Source of the DNA: Octopus sinensis
Lineage: Eukaryota
Assembly (NCBI RefSeq): GCF_006345805.1
Contig: NC_043000.1
Location: 59,582,001-59,646,000 of the forward strand
Direction: 5' to 3'
Length of the DNA stretch: 64,000 nt
Made by a program: the position numbers and the translations under genes. This document shows positions 51,130 through 64,000 of the stretch, in pieces (the stretch's first letter is position 1; each line of letters begins with the position of its first letter). The notes beneath the pieces were generated by a model that saw only the letters and a list, made by a program, of their open reading frames with translations, was not told the origin of the DNA and did no database searches.

Positions 51130-51555
51130 AATAATACTCTTTCTAATGTTGGTATAAAGCCAGCAATCTTAAGATGAGAGTAAATCGATTAAGCTGACTT
51201 CTGTTCAACTTTTATTTATGTTATCAACCCCAAAAGATGAATGACAAAGCTGACCTCGGTGACATTTGAATTCAGAATGTAAAACTGGAAGAAATACTGC
51301 TGCCACTACAACTGATACTACTACAAATAATAATCCTTTCTACTATTGGCACAAGGCCCGAAATTTTTTTTTTTAAAGGAAGCCAGTCGATTAGATCAAC
51401 CCCAGTACATAATTGGTACTTAATTTATCGACCCTAAAAGGATGAAAGGTAAAGCTGACCTTGGCAGAATTTGAACTCAGAACATAAAGACAGATGAAAT
51501 ATTGCTAAGCATTTTTCCTGGCATGCTAACATTTCTGCCAGCTCTCTGCCTTTAC
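51130..51555 (-). mobile_element. Two abundant-family SINEs
   Basis: aaaggatgaaaggtaaagctgaccttggcagaatttgaactcagaac. Confidence 0.75.
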
Positions 51556-51579
51556 TACTTCTAATAATAATAAAAAGAA

Positions 51580-52300
51580 AATGGTCAGGGGTTAATACAA
51601 TCTCAACTCTAATTGAAAATTGCAATCATGGGACCTTCTGTCTACTTGCAACAAACAAATAACAGGATGCTAAAGCTGGCTCAAATATACCTCAGAGAAA
51701 AGTGTCAAGGTGAGCCAGTACCTGAAGAGAAGGTGTCCACCAACAGACAAGGCAAAACAAATAAAACCATAGCTAAAACAAACCAACACCCAATATATTA
51801 AGGAGAAATGGGAGCAAAGGCCATTGCATGGCAAATACCCAACAAGAATCAGGGACCCTGATGTAGATGAAGCCCTTACAAATCAGTGGCAGTCATACTC
51901 TAGTCTGAAACCAGAAACTGAGGGGTATGTCGTTGCTGCTCAGGATCAGTCATTTCCAACTAGGAGTTATCAGAGTAATGTCCTGAAATATGAAAGCAGC
52001 TCATCATGCTGCATATGTAAAGAACACCCAGAGACAATCAGCCACATAATCTCTAGATGCAGTGGACTGGTGCAAAGGCATGACAGAACAGTTCACTACA
52101 CACACTGGTCAGTATGCAGCACATGCAACCTTCCTCAAGAAAACAATTGGTGGGAACACAAGCCACCACAAGTTGGCCAGAATGCTGAGGTTACCATCCT
52201 TTGGAATTTCAGTGTTCAGGCTGGTCGGGAAATACAAACTGATTAGATCTCATATTGAAAAGACTTGTCTTCTGGATGATGTTAATATGATGAAATAGTT
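51580..52300 (+). mobile_element. R4/Dong-like LINE internal/3' fragment
   Basis: ORF 51824..52246 reads ETEGYVVAAQDQSFPTRSY...CCICKEHPETISHIISRC (CCHC knuckle)...WWEHKP...TILWNF. Confidence 0.8.
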
Positions 52301-52399
52301 TTCGATATAATGATATAGCTTTAATATTTCTATTCTTAGTCTTGCTTTTTTTTTTATTGCATTGTCAGGAGGAAGTGCAGTGCCCATGCATAAAGGCAT

Positions 52400-52855
52400 C
52401 CAAAGACCATATAGTGGTGTTTAATTAGCGAAAGCTTAAGTTTATCACCCAATTAAGCCACAGCAGGATTAAAACTCAAAACAAAAAGAGCTGGGACATA
52501 TACTACAAGGCATTCAATCAGATGTTCTAATGATTCCACAAGTTCACTGCTTTGACTGGTACTTCAGCTACTGATTCTAAAAAGATGAAAGAAAAAGTTG
52601 ACCTTTGTAAGATTTGAACTCAATATGCAAGAAGCTAGTATAAATATAGATTTCAAATTTTGGCACAAGGCCAGCAATTTTGGAGCAGGAGTAACTTGAT
52701 TACATCAACTCCCGAGTTCAAATGGTACCTATTTTACTGACTCCAGAATGATGAAAGGCAAAGATGACCTTGGCAGAATTTGAACTCAGAATGTAAAGAG
52801 GGATGAAATGCCACTAAGCATTTTGCCCAGCATACTAATGATTCTGCCAGTTCAT
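52400..52855 (-). mobile_element. Two to three diverged abundant-family SINEs
   Basis: Reverse-complement core gatgaaaggcaaagatgaccttggcagaatttgaactcag. Confidence 0.65.
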
Positions 52856-53149
52856 CCCCTCAAACAGAATACTGTGAGGCATTTTGTCAGATGACAGTAC
52901 AAATATGAAGCAGGGATAACAGGCTTCAGTAAATAGCCAGTGATAGAGGATGGATATGATATAGAATGCTTGTGCGTATGTATGTGTCTGTATATATGTA
53001 TGTGTGTGCGGATGGGGAGCACAGGGAACAGAGAAAGAGATTCAGGCATTATAGTAGACATGTAAAATGCTTAAACAAGATGAATGCAGTAAAAGATGAT
53101 TCATACAGTGGTAATATCTGTGTGTGTATTATTGAATATAAAAATAATA

Positions 53150-53975
53150 AAAAAATTATCGTGTATAGTGCTCAGGTGCACTAAAAGGTAGATGTACAGT
53201 ACATAGTATTATGTATAAAAGTCAGGAAAGTGAACAGTGTGTGAGTCATGATATACATGTGTGCATGCATATGGAGGTGGGGATATCAGGAAGCATGAAG
53301 GTTTTAAAGGATGCACTGTTGCAGCAACTAACAACTGATGCAGGAAGTTTGTTCCATGCTTCAGTAACTCCAAGTGTGAAAAAATGCTTCTGAAAGTCAT
53401 GGGAGCTGTGCTGTTTTCTGACTTTGTAGGCATGCCCACATGTGTTAGACACATGGAGCTCAAAAGTAGTTGTTGGCACGATGGTTAATAATTTTGTGGG
53501 TGTTTACCAAGTCAGTTGCCAGATGTCGGAGCTTCAATGTATCCATGCCCAGGGAAGTAAAGCATTCAGAGTATGGTAGATGCCTGACGGAGGGTATTCG
53601 CTTGGTTGCATGTCTCTGAACAGTTTCCAGGAGGTCAATGCCCCGAGCAAGATAGGGGTCCCAGACTGGTGATGCAAATTCCAGGTGTGGCTGCACCATA
53701 ACCATATAAAGTCCTAAATAGATAGCTGGAGAGCAGCTGACACAGGTCTTGCTGAGAGATGCCAAGACACCCTTGGCCTTCTTGACAATTTTAGAGATGT
53801 GCTTTGTCCAGCGCAAATCGCTGCTGACAGTAATACCCAGGTCATGTTCACAAGAAGACTTCTTGATATTAGTGTTGTGGAGAGAGTATGTGGATGTCCT
53901 CCCAAAATGCATGGTGATACACTTGTCCACAGTACTCTCTGTTACTACACTGATTTTTGTGTTTCTTCACTGACT
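53150..53975 (-). mobile_element. CR1-clade LINE 3' portion
   Basis: ORF 53460..53930 reads DLGITVSSDLRWTKHISKIVKKA...PHLEFASPVWDP...LETVQRHATKRIP. ORF 53246..53479 reads KHFFTLGVTEAWNKLP. The 3' UTR matches 11520-11660. Confidence 0.92.
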
Positions 53976-56543
53976 ACCTTAATTGTATGAACGATATAGA
54001 ATCACGAATCTCCAAAAAGTAATCTTTAAACAGTAATAAGTAATTACACTATATTGCTATCGAGTACTTTCCCTGTTGTTTATAAATTCAAACCAACATA
54101 TATATATATGGGTGTGTGTATTTATAACAGTTAAAAATCATATTTCTTATCGGACAATATTATCAACAAATAATCATATTATAGTGCAAACAATGCTCAA
54201 GTGGATAGGTGTAGACATTATATAATTATACACTGATTAAACACACCGCTATGGTCTTTTGTCAATGGAGCAAAACATTTACTATATGTAACAGACAAAA
54301 ACTGTTTGAATGCCTTCCAGCCATTATTTCAGACAAACAAGTTAAATAAAGCAGAAAAGAATTGATAATTCAATTATTCAAGGAAGTCAACACGTGTCAC
54401 TTAAACTTTGAATCTATATAAATTATATAAAAAAGAAACACACACACACGCAAGATAGAAGTTTTGAGAACCAGCACCTGAGCACTATACACAATAATTT
54501 CATTATTACAAAATGTCATCTATAATATCTTCAGAATGTTACATTTATATATATTTACAGGAAAGATCAAAGGAATAAGCAAACTGTAAAGGTGAAAAGA
54601 AATAATAAGACAAGTCTAAGAAAGGCTGGAAAGTGGTTTGTCAGTTGGTCAGTTCATAGAAACTCAGAATAGTAGTTTGTGCAAATACACATATACAATT
54701 GTTGATCCTCCATCAGTTCCAATTATGTGAATTCTAATTGTTTGAACATCAATACTACCTATTCATTGAATTAAAATAGAGATAGGTGACTGGGTATTTA
54801 AAAGACACTTGTACCTTAAATGCAAACACTAAAGCCTCAGGCAAACTCAGAATGAGACGGTCTAGCTTTTTAAATTAAAAGCATACACATGCATGTACAC
54901 GCACACGTGTGCACACACACACATACACACTTCAATTCCTTGGCATAGCTTCTTAAGCAGAATGGAAGACTAAGATAACTGTAGCTAGAAATCCCAGCTG
55001 ACGAAGAAACTTTGTCCCTTCTTGGTTACAAGGAAATTCTTCCTTGTATAAAAATATATAGCAGTGTGAAACAGATACTATAAGACTGGAGAGAAATGCT
55101 CTCAAGTCTGCTGAATATGAAATAGGAAATTTTTTGAGACTTTATAAGATATTTCAAAATAAGAAATAATAAGGAGCTTTATGAGGGAAAAATCTTAGTT
55201 ACTATAAGGTATATAAAGACAATGAACAGAAAAAATACTGAATAAAAAATATTCCCTGACCTTAATGAAATAAAAAGGAAGAGGGTCTTTCCTAGATAAT
55301 TTTTTTAAAATGAATTTGTTAAAATTATGAAATAGTTGGAATTAGTTATTAAATATCTTCTAAATATAAACAAAATAAACATTCTCAAACCACATTGATT
55401 TAATAAATAAATGCCTGGTCAAGATAATTTTCAGAAAATTTGATATACTAATCTTCAAACATTACTAAGACATTGCCGTTTAAACATGACATAAATTATC
55501 TGGAAGGAAATAATATAATATGGATAGCATTATAAAAATAGGTGACATTGAATGTATCCTTATTTTGGACAACAAATATGGTCACATACTCTTCATAATA
55601 AAATCTACCACCAATCAATTCTAAGCAATCTTTTAACCTGCTAGTTATAAGAAGCCAAATATCCCTCAATTCATACTTTATCATTTAAAAAATGAAAACT
55701 ACATTGGGTAAGGTAGTTCAATTTATGTCTAAATAATAATAATAAAAATAAAAAAAAGGAAAATGGGGTCATCATATATGAAATGACCAAAGAATCCTGA
55801 TATCAAATCAGGTTTGTTTACTCAGCACGGAACTGAAGCTAAACAAGATAGACCAAATATGATTCTTGATGACAAAACAAAATCAGACAAATTAGTTTTC
55901 AGATGCAATTTGGATTGGATGTTATAGCATCATAAGCCAGAAGGTAGAAGACCAGACAGGTATTTTTTTTATAAATAATTCTTTCTAATTTAGACACAAA
56001 ACCAACAATTTTTGAGGCAAGTGGGTTAGTTGATTACATCAACCCCAAAAGAATGGAAGGTAATGTTGACTACAACAGGATTTATACTCAGATTGTAAAA
56101 AGCTGGATAAAACAACACAAGGTATTTTGTATTACACTGTATATTCTGCCAATCTACCACTTGTATATCTGTTTACAAATATTGAATGGCATAGTCAAAG
56201 CGCAAATAATTTTAGTAAATTCTACCTGACTAACACATTATGCCTCCATGTATTTATTTAAAACAGAGGATATACGAAACATAGAAATAGTTTAAGTATT
56301 TAACTTCAGCAAACTATTCTTGACTGAATGACTCAACTGCACCATCATAACTTCATCACTATGTCTAGATTACGAATAATTATATAGGCAACAAACACAC
56401 AGTGCATGGGCACAACACAACAAACACACAATGCATGAGCATTCACACACGGAAATATTGGTTTCTACTATCAATACTAAGCACTCAGACACCCATGTGT
56501 GAATGACACACACACACATATGGAAGGGGCTGGAGAATAAGTG

Positions 56544-56577
<34 letters not shown>

Positions 56578-57099
56578 CTTTAAGTATTTGACAAGTATAA
56601 CAACAGTATTTATTCCTTAAGTAGAAGAAAAAAATTTTAAAAAATCAAAAAAAATCTTCATCAATAAAGAATATATTTAGATCTACTATTAAAAGAATAT
56701 ATTCCATTTATTTAATCTTGGGTATTTACTTGTTGGTATATTGGTGAAAACATTTATATATAATGCAAATATGAATGGCTCTAAGACAGTTGAGATTCCT
56801 GTAGCTCCAACTGAAACTTTTACCTCTTCTGAACATTTGTATGGTTTGTTAATGACACCTTGCTTGCTAAATAAGTTCTCTAGAAACAAAAGTAAGATGT
56901 GTTTATTTTACATCTCTAGGATAATGTATTGAAGGAAATGACAAACTGAATCAATATCTTAATAGTTAAATTGCTAAGGGCGGAATTCCATTTTTTCTCT
57001 AACATAATAAATGAGAATCTGAACATAACATTTAGCATATCAGAAATGTGTTATATATAAATATAACAATGTCACCAATATTATCAATTTATGCGTGTT

Positions 57100-57290
57100 T
57101 TCCTTAACATGCAAGGTTGGATGAGTCTTCTCAACATAGTACCATGCTTTTTGATGCAGTCCCTTGATATCTCTTTTGTGACATTCAGCATTCTGAGATC
57201 ATCCCCACCTCTCCTTCCCCTTCAACCTGGTTTTCCACTTCTGCAGATTTCTCACTCGGAATACCTGGCACTTCTTTACCCAATTGTCAT
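57100..57290 (-). mobile_element. Highly diverged RTE 3' remnant
   Basis: The minus strand reads tgggtaaagaagtgcc...ggtggggatgatctcagaatgctg...catccaaccttgcatg, similar to the RTE ends above. Confidence 0.45.
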
Positions 57291-57589
57291 TTTCTATTTG
57301 ACAGAAGATGCAATGCATAAAATATATATTAATTAATAATGAACTGTTATGAGCACAAATATGAAAAGTAAGCTATCCATTATAGTAATAGCCTAATTTC
57401 TGATTGTTTGATATAATAGATAAAAATTCTATGCTACTGAACAAAGAAGGAAACTTGGTACACCTTCTATGAGGAGTAGTCAACAACTTGTGAAAGAGTC
57501 CAGAAGGAGATTCCTCTCCTACTTTTCTGTTCATCAAAAGCATATAGTGTGATTACACTTCTCTCACAGTCAGGTTTTCTAATATATCC

Positions 57590-57803
57590 TTTCTACTAAG
57601 GGCACAAGGCCTGAAATTTTGGGGGAAGAGACTAGCTGATTACATTGACCCCAGCGTTTCACTGGTACATAATTTATCGACCCCAAAAAGTTGAAAGGCA
57701 AATTCGACCTTGGCAGAATTTGAACACAGAACATAAGGACAGATAAAATGCTGCTAAGCATTTTGCCTGGCATGCTAACAATTCTGCCTGCTCACTGCCT
57801 TTA
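57590..57803 (-). mobile_element. Abundant-family SINE
   Basis: Reverse-complement family core. Confidence 0.8.
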
Positions 57804-57841
57804 GGCTTGTTAATATATATTATCATGAGGTAATAGTATTG

Positions 57842-58233
57842 GATGGAAGCACTCCGTCGGTTACGACGATGAGAGTTCCGGTTGATCCGAATCAACGGAA
57901 CAGCCTGCTCGTGAAATTAACGTGTAAGTGGCTGAGCACTCAACAGACACGTGCACCCTTAACGTAATTCTCGGGGATATTCAGCGTGACACAGAGAGTG
58001 ACAAGGCCGGCCCCTTGAAATACAGGTACAACAGAAACAGGAAGTAAGAGAGAGAAAGTTGTGGTGAAAGAGTACAGCAGGGATCACCACCATTCCCTGC
58101 CAGAGCCTCGTGGAGCTTTTTTAGGTGTTTTCGCTCAATAAACACTCACAACGCCTGGTCTGGGAATCGAAACCGCGATCCTATGACCACGAGTCCGCTG
58201 CCCTAACCACTGGGCCATTGCGCCTCCACTGCA
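57842..58233 (-). mobile_element. tRNA-derived SINE with a perfect 12-bp target-site duplication
   Basis: TSD gtaatagtattg at 57830-57841 and 58234-58245. Minus-strand head ggcgcaatggcccagtggttagggcagcgg...ggtttcgattcc has Pol III A-box and B-box-like motifs. CpG retained. Confidence 0.88.
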
Positions 58234-58270
58234 GTAATAGTATTGTGTGTATATGTATATATGTATACAT

Positions 58271-58495
58271 ATAAGGCGGCGAGCTGGCAGAAACGTTAGC
58301 ACGCTGGGCGAAATGCGTAGCTGTATTTCGCCTTCCGTTATGTTCTGAGTTCAAATTCCACCGAGGTCGACTTTGCCTTTCATCCTTTCGGGGTCGATAA
58401 ATTAAGTACCAGTTACGCACTGGGGTCGACGTAATCCGTTTGTCTGTCCTTATTTGTCCCCTCTGTGTGTAGCCCCTTGTGGGTAGTAAAGAAAT
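58271..58495 (+). mobile_element. Well-preserved abundant-family SINE
   Basis: aaggcggcgagctggcagaaacgttagc...gaggtcgactttgcctttcatcctttcggggtcgataaattaagtaccagttacgc. Confidence 0.88.
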
Positions 58496-59084
58496 ATATA
58501 TGTATACATATACATACACATTCAGATTTAAAACAGTGTCTTGATAAATGTATATCATTTAAGTTATAAGTATGCATTATACACACACACACAATACTTA
58601 TGAGTTTACTTTCTCTTTATGATCAGAGAAATGAAGTTGGTATATATGATACAACTTGATTTGATGAAGAAGTGAGCTAATGTACAGCACATACATTTGA
58701 TCACTATAAGCAAATCATTTGTGACGGTTGTTCAGCAAGAAATTACAGAATCATCTTTCTTGGGCAACGAGAGACTTCCATCAACCATCAACTCTATTTA
58801 GGTAACCATTTTACTCCCAAGAGGTATATAGAAATCTAATTATTTATAAACATTTTTTCATTCATTTCCTAAGGTGAAAAAGGACTAGATACATTACAGT
58901 ACTTATGCATTTATTTATGTTTAGAGTTCAAATTCAGTTAGGATTAATATTTTGATATAATTTATAATTTCCCAGGGAGCATAAAAAAAGAAACTCAGGA
59001 TATGATCTCTGAGGTAAAAAGATGTATTTACTTCACTTGCTGAAATAGTTAGTGATAAATGAGTTACTAAAAAAATATTGTTAC

Positions 59085-59485
59085 TAACTTGTCAGAAGAC
59101 CAACAATTTTCAGAGGAAAGGTTAGTCAATTAAATCAACCCTAGTACTTGACTGAGACTTTGTTTTATTTACTCCAGAAGGATAAAAGAAAATGAGATCT
59201 TCATGGGGTTTGAACTCAAACTGGAAGGAAGTAGAACAAACACTATGAGGCATTCTGTCCAACACTCTGATGATGGTGCCAACACACTGCCAGCATAATA
59301 ATTTTTTAATAAGTACAAAGCTACAACATCGTAGGGAGGGATTAGTACATTAAACTTACTCCAGTACTTGACTGGTTATTTTTATTTTATTGACCCAGAA
59401 AGATAAAAAGTAAAACTGACTTCAGCAAAATTTGAACTCAGAACATAAAGGGCCCGAACTAAAAATACTGCATGCTCTGATGATT
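59085..59485 (-). mobile_element. Two diverged abundant-family SINEs
   Basis: Reverse-complement core remnants. Confidence 0.55.
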
Positions 59486-60920
59486 CTCTGCTTTGCCAAG
59501 GAAATATATCCTGAAGCAACTATATATAGGCTATATTTGCTTTATTATGAACTTTTTAGCAAAAATATATTTCACTGTACTTTATGAAATAGTGAGGAAT
59601 GAATCACCAAATAGATATAAAAAGAAAAAAAATCATTTACTGAGATAAGAAAACAGAATTGCTTAGAGATTAAATATAAAATTAATCTCCAAGCAATTTT
59701 TTTTTTCTTGGTCTAAATTCATTTCCAGTTGGTTTTTGTTTTTTAACTCTCTGTGCACTAAATATGGCAACAAAAGCTTAGCTATTGTTTTCTATTTGAA
59801 TAATAACTGAATTATTTAATCTATGAACAATTAGATTTATAAGTGTTGTGTGTGTGTGTGCATGTGCGTGTGTACATGCATGCGCACACGTAAAACATAG
59901 ATTGGCATCTAGATACAAAGAGCAAAGAATATTGGCAAAAAAAATTCAGACAGCACACGAAAACACATCTCTGAAACCAACGGATAATTCTTAGATGCAA
60001 ATTAAGAGTACAGGTTATATCCTGTTTAGTTCTCTTTTTAACTTGCCCCTTATATTTTTAAATTCATCTTCATTTGGTATGATAAATGTGTATATGAGAA
60101 CTACAGAGTATGAATTTCTTGTTTTGTGTATACTATATATATATATCCATGTTATATAAATAATGTCAAAAATCAAGTCGAATTGCTTTATTTAGAAGTG
60201 ATTTTTAGTCACATCAAACAAGCTGAAAAAATTGACCCTTACTATGACCTTCTCTCCCTGACATATATCATGTAGCTTAAGGGGCTATGGAGGTTATCAT
60301 GAATAAAAATCTACAACCAGGCTGTAACCTTTACTTTTTTTTCATTAGCTCTCACAAAAGGACAACCTTATAACTAAAAGTTACACTTCAACCCCTTCCA
60401 AAAATCCTAATTTCAACCCCATCCATACCCCACTATAAACACAACTTCCAAAGTACAATTATCAAATTCCTTGTTTTACTTGTAACCAGTGCACTGAAAT
60501 AGAAAAACAGGAACTGATATTCTAAATTCAGCAATTATAGATAATGTGATAAGATTTGAAGGGCAAGCTTGTTTTCTCTGTGATGAATAACAACAAAATG
60601 TGGATCAGACAAAATCAAAACTAATTTGTCTCTTCAGACTAATCACATAACCAGCCCCTACCACCAGAGAAATAGGAGCAGAGAGGCTTATGAGAGAAAG
60701 AGGAGTACAAGAAAAGAGAGTGAAGAGTATTAGCCTTCTTTTAAGAGAGTGGGAGAAAGAAAGGGAAAGACAAACAGTTAAAAAAGAGAAGAGAAGAGAA
60801 GGGGTGAGAGAAAGAGATACAGGTGGATGGATTTTTTTTCTCGACCCCATCCACCCATCTCACTTTCTCTGGAAACTGTCATGTATTTTCCCATTGTGGT
60901 CGAGCTGCTTGCCTGCTTAC

Positions 60921-60947
60921 CCACATGAAAATCCAATTGTTTTATTT
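60921..60947 (-). CDS. Possible 27-nt micro-exon (E-IKQLDFHV-G in phase 1)
   Basis: Acceptor ttatttattttcatttag| and donor TGG|gtaagc. Too short to separate confidently from chance. Confidence 0.25.
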
Positions 60948-63017
60948 CTAAATGAAAATAAATAACTATCATCATTATTGGTTTATGTCACTTTTGCCAT
61001 GTTAGTTGGTTTTTGGATGAAAGAGATGTGGATGGCCGAGTTGAGAGGGGCATCAAGGAGAAACCAGATGCAGAGAGAAGTTGGAGGGAGTTACCTACTG
61101 ATATCCTGTCACTGGAGCTGTATTGTGACACTTAAATATCAATGGCTAGGCTGACCTACTTGCATGTTGTTGTTGTTTGGTTCCAGGTCAACCCTGATGA
61201 AACAAACCTATAATCAAAAGCATTCACACATAGTGCATCCTTTAATGTCCTTCCATTGTACAATGTGTCATTCTTTTTTAAAAAGAGCAAGGTGTGATTT
61301 CAGAGAGGTTTGGATACTACTGAAGGAGGAAGAGAAAGATAACAACAACAACAACCATCATCATCATCGTCGTCGTCATAGATGTTTTCCCATTGGCTTG
61401 TTTATCTGCAAGTGTACAATGTAATTTACCATTCTAACCAGAAGCAGAACACTGCACATAGAGAAAATTTATTTTACTCAGATTGTAGAATTTCTTCTCT
61501 GTGTGTGGTGGTGGTGGGGGGGGGGGTCCATGCAATGAATCAGTATCTTCCCAAACCAAAGGGAAGCTCTCTGTGTTGTCTGCTATAGAAACCAAACTGG
61601 AATATATGCATCAATATTTCTCAGAAAGAAATTCAGGCTCCTCTTTAGGAAATGGGAGACAGGGTTTTAAACTTTTTAAACTTGTCCAACAAGAAAAGGA
61701 AGAATTATTATATGGATGCAAACCCTGCTTTCTTATTAATATAGAGGAGAAGATGACAAAAAATTGCACTAATAAATTAATACACACACACACACACGCG
61801 CATTTGGGGATGGTGTTAGTATTTGGCAGTTTGAGAAGCGCTGCTATCGATCCTTGTGATTTAGATTGGATTAGCTTATCTATTATATTTCTAATTTATT
61901 TTTCTAATAAAATAATTTAGCCAGATTCTTAACTTTATTTATATATGGATATATAATATACACAAAACCAGGAATGCATATATATAGTTAATTCTCATAA
62001 AGTAGCTTCTACAGCTCTGGAGTACAGAAACTTCATACATGTCTCAGCTTTACCTACAGTTGCTACAAAATAACTAAGCATGGGTTTGAATAAATATGAA
62101 ATCAAATCATAGTATTCAATATATGGTTTGTGCCCACAATATTGTCTTGTAATCTATGACTAAGTTATTCTCTTTGCTGAGTATCCATGGTCAGTTTTGT
62201 TCAAGATGAACTATTATAGCACAAATATAATGAAATTAAATGTTTGATGTGAACTATAGATATTGATCTCTGGCAATGCAAAACTTCAGTTTGATTTGGA
62301 GTTTATAATTGACTAACTGGGGTGAAGTGTGGCAGACAGGACATGCTGCACTTGTTTTGCTGTCCAATATGTTTGATTGTTTAAATATATTCCAAGTGGA
62401 AATTGAAATAGCAAGGGAGCTACAATGTGTTTGTTCAATGCAGAAGTCAAACCTCCCTCATAAATATAAAATCATTTACAGATAACATGAAACTTTTCAA
62501 TCAATGTGAGTTCTAAACATTGATGTTTGTATAATGGTTAAATCACTTTAAGCATTTATTCAAAAAGAGATGGCACAAAAATGAAATGTAAAAATGTGGG
62601 GAGAGAGAAAAAGAGAAAATCAGATTTATGGGTATGTTTTGTTAAAGTGGTAATATTAATAGCAGATATTTTATACAAAGAACATTAGTTTTATATTTTG
62701 AGATATGGTGCTTACACCAACACAATAATAACTGCAGCTGAAAATCCAGATTCCAAAATGTTAACACTTAAAAAAATAACAACAAAAACAACTACCATTT
62801 TAAGTTATATAAATGTAACCTACAGACAAATTGTAAGCATTTCAATAACTTCACAGATATGTGCTATTCTATCCTAGTTCTTCCAAATTTTCTCCAATAA
62901 GATATGATTTGTAATATTTTTTTGCTTTAATATATTTTTAGATAATTTTGTTTAAGAAACACAAAAATAAAATACTTTGTGATTTGAGATATACCAATTC
63001 ACAAATATATTTAAAAT

Positions 63018-63238
63018 ATTGGTTTCAAATTTTGGCATAAGGCTAGCAATTTTGGGGTAGGAAGTAAGTCAATTACATTGACCCAAGTACTCAACTGGTA
63101 CTTATTTTATGAACCCCAAAAGGATGAAAAGTAAAGTCAACCTCAGCAGAATTTGAACTCAGAACGTAAAGACTGATGAAATGCTGCTAAGCATTTTGCC
63201 TGGCATGCTAATGTTTCTGCCAGCTTGCTGTCTTAAAT
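63018..63238 (-). mobile_element. Abundant-family SINE
   Basis: aaggatgaaaagtaaagtcaacctcagcagaatttgaactcagaacgtaaagac. Confidence 0.8.
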
Positions 63239-63489
63239 GTATTTAAAATATTAAATCATAAAATGTAATCACTTCGTTTGTGTTTTGTTTCCCCATGTTA
63301 GTATGGGTTGACTTTATCTACAGTATTGCAAATCTCTATGGTTCTTAAATTTCTTTTGCTCAATTTTAAACCCATCTTTCATCACTAACCAAAGCAGTTC
63401 TTCAATTAGCATGCTCATTTACATTAAATATCTCTACTAGCACAGTCATTTCACAAACTTAAATCAGTTGAGATTATTATTATTATTAT

Positions 63490-63885
63490 TATTCTTTTCT
63501 TTTTTACTTGTTTCAGTCATTTGACTGTGGCCATGCTGGAGCACCGCCTTTAGTCGAGCAAATCTAACCCAGGACTTATTCTTTGTAAGCCTAGTACTTA
63601 TTCTATCGGTCTCTTTTGCTGAACTGTTAAGTTACAGGGACGTAAACACACCAGCATCGGTTGTCAAGCGATGTTGGGGGGACAATCACAGACACACAAA
63701 CATATACAAACACACATACATACATATATATATATATATATACATATATATATGACGGGCTTCTTTCAGTTTCCGTCTAACAAATCCACTCAGAAGGCTT
63801 TGGTTGGCCCGAAGCTATAGTAGAAGACACTTGCCCAAGGTACATGTGATTCGTAAGCAAGCTACTTACCACACAGCCACTCCTA
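63490..63885 (-). mobile_element. CORE-like SINE
   Basis: tacttgtttcagtcatttgactgtggccatgctggagcaccgcc...gaagacacttgcccaagg...cttaccacacagccactcct. Confidence 0.85.
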
Positions 63886-63949
63886 TTATTATTATTATTT
63901 TTTTTTTTTTTTATTATTATCATCATTATTATTATTATTATTATTATTA

Positions 63950-64000
63950 TTGCCAGCCTCGCCTGGCCTCCATGCCGGTGGCACGTAAAAAGCACCATCC
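63950..64000 (+). mobile_element. Start of another RTE 3'-UTR fragment running off the window
   Basis: gccggtggcacgtaaaaagcaccatcc motif shared with 18400-18500 and 43134-43420. Confidence 0.7.

Noticed and set aside
54998-55015. CTGACGA-AGAAAC, a hammerhead-box look-alike
   Set aside because: No stem II between the boxes and no flanking stems.
55590-55637. 48-nt exon-like segment LKDCLELIGGRFYYE (phase 2-2)
   Set aside because: Phase is incompatible with the adjacent phase-1 exon at 50674 without extra exons that I could not find. Unresolved rather than disproved.
56689-56889. Minus-strand ORF with an exon-like acceptor (ENLFSKQGVINKP...TVLEPFIFALYIN)
   Set aside because: Resembles a decayed LINE RT motif (SGVPQGSVLGPLLFLIYIN). 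More likely an ancient CR1/L2 relic than an exon.
58150-58229. tRNA-like sequence
   Set aside because: It is the head of a SINE with a body and TSD, not a stand-alone tRNA gene.
61501-61920. 139-aa plus-strand ORF
   Set aside because: Starts in a G-run, crosses a (CA)n tract, has no recognisable motif and no convincing splice donor.

Overview
This is AT-rich eukaryotic genomic DNA, dense in microsatellites and transposable elements (TEs). The repeat families look like those of Octopus/coleoid cephalopods (recognised from memory, not from a database search). The window is mostly introns of one minus-strand protein-coding gene that I could not identify. Four exons are well supported, with canonical AG/GT sites and a continuous open frame when spliced: 31715-31801, 27969-28158, 26813-26937 and 23538-23663. 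One more is likely (50591-50674) and a few small ones are tentative. The rest is decayed TEs: RTE, CR1 and R4/Dong-like LINEs, two abundant SINE families plus one tRNA-derived SINE with a target-site duplication (TSD), Tc1/mariner relics, Helitron-like elements, and Penelope-like remnants with degenerate hammerhead-ribozyme motifs. There are no rRNA genes, true tRNA genes or CRISPR arrays, and most ORFs in the supplied track are microsatellite or TE artefacts. I found no clearly novel system. The most interesting structure is the dsRNA-forming potential around the exons: opposite-orientation SINE trains flanking frame-symmetric exons, and several fold-back palindromes, one with perfect 77-bp arms. 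TE boundaries are approximate (roughly +/-30 bp) unless a TSD or terminal inverted repeat (TIR) is cited.
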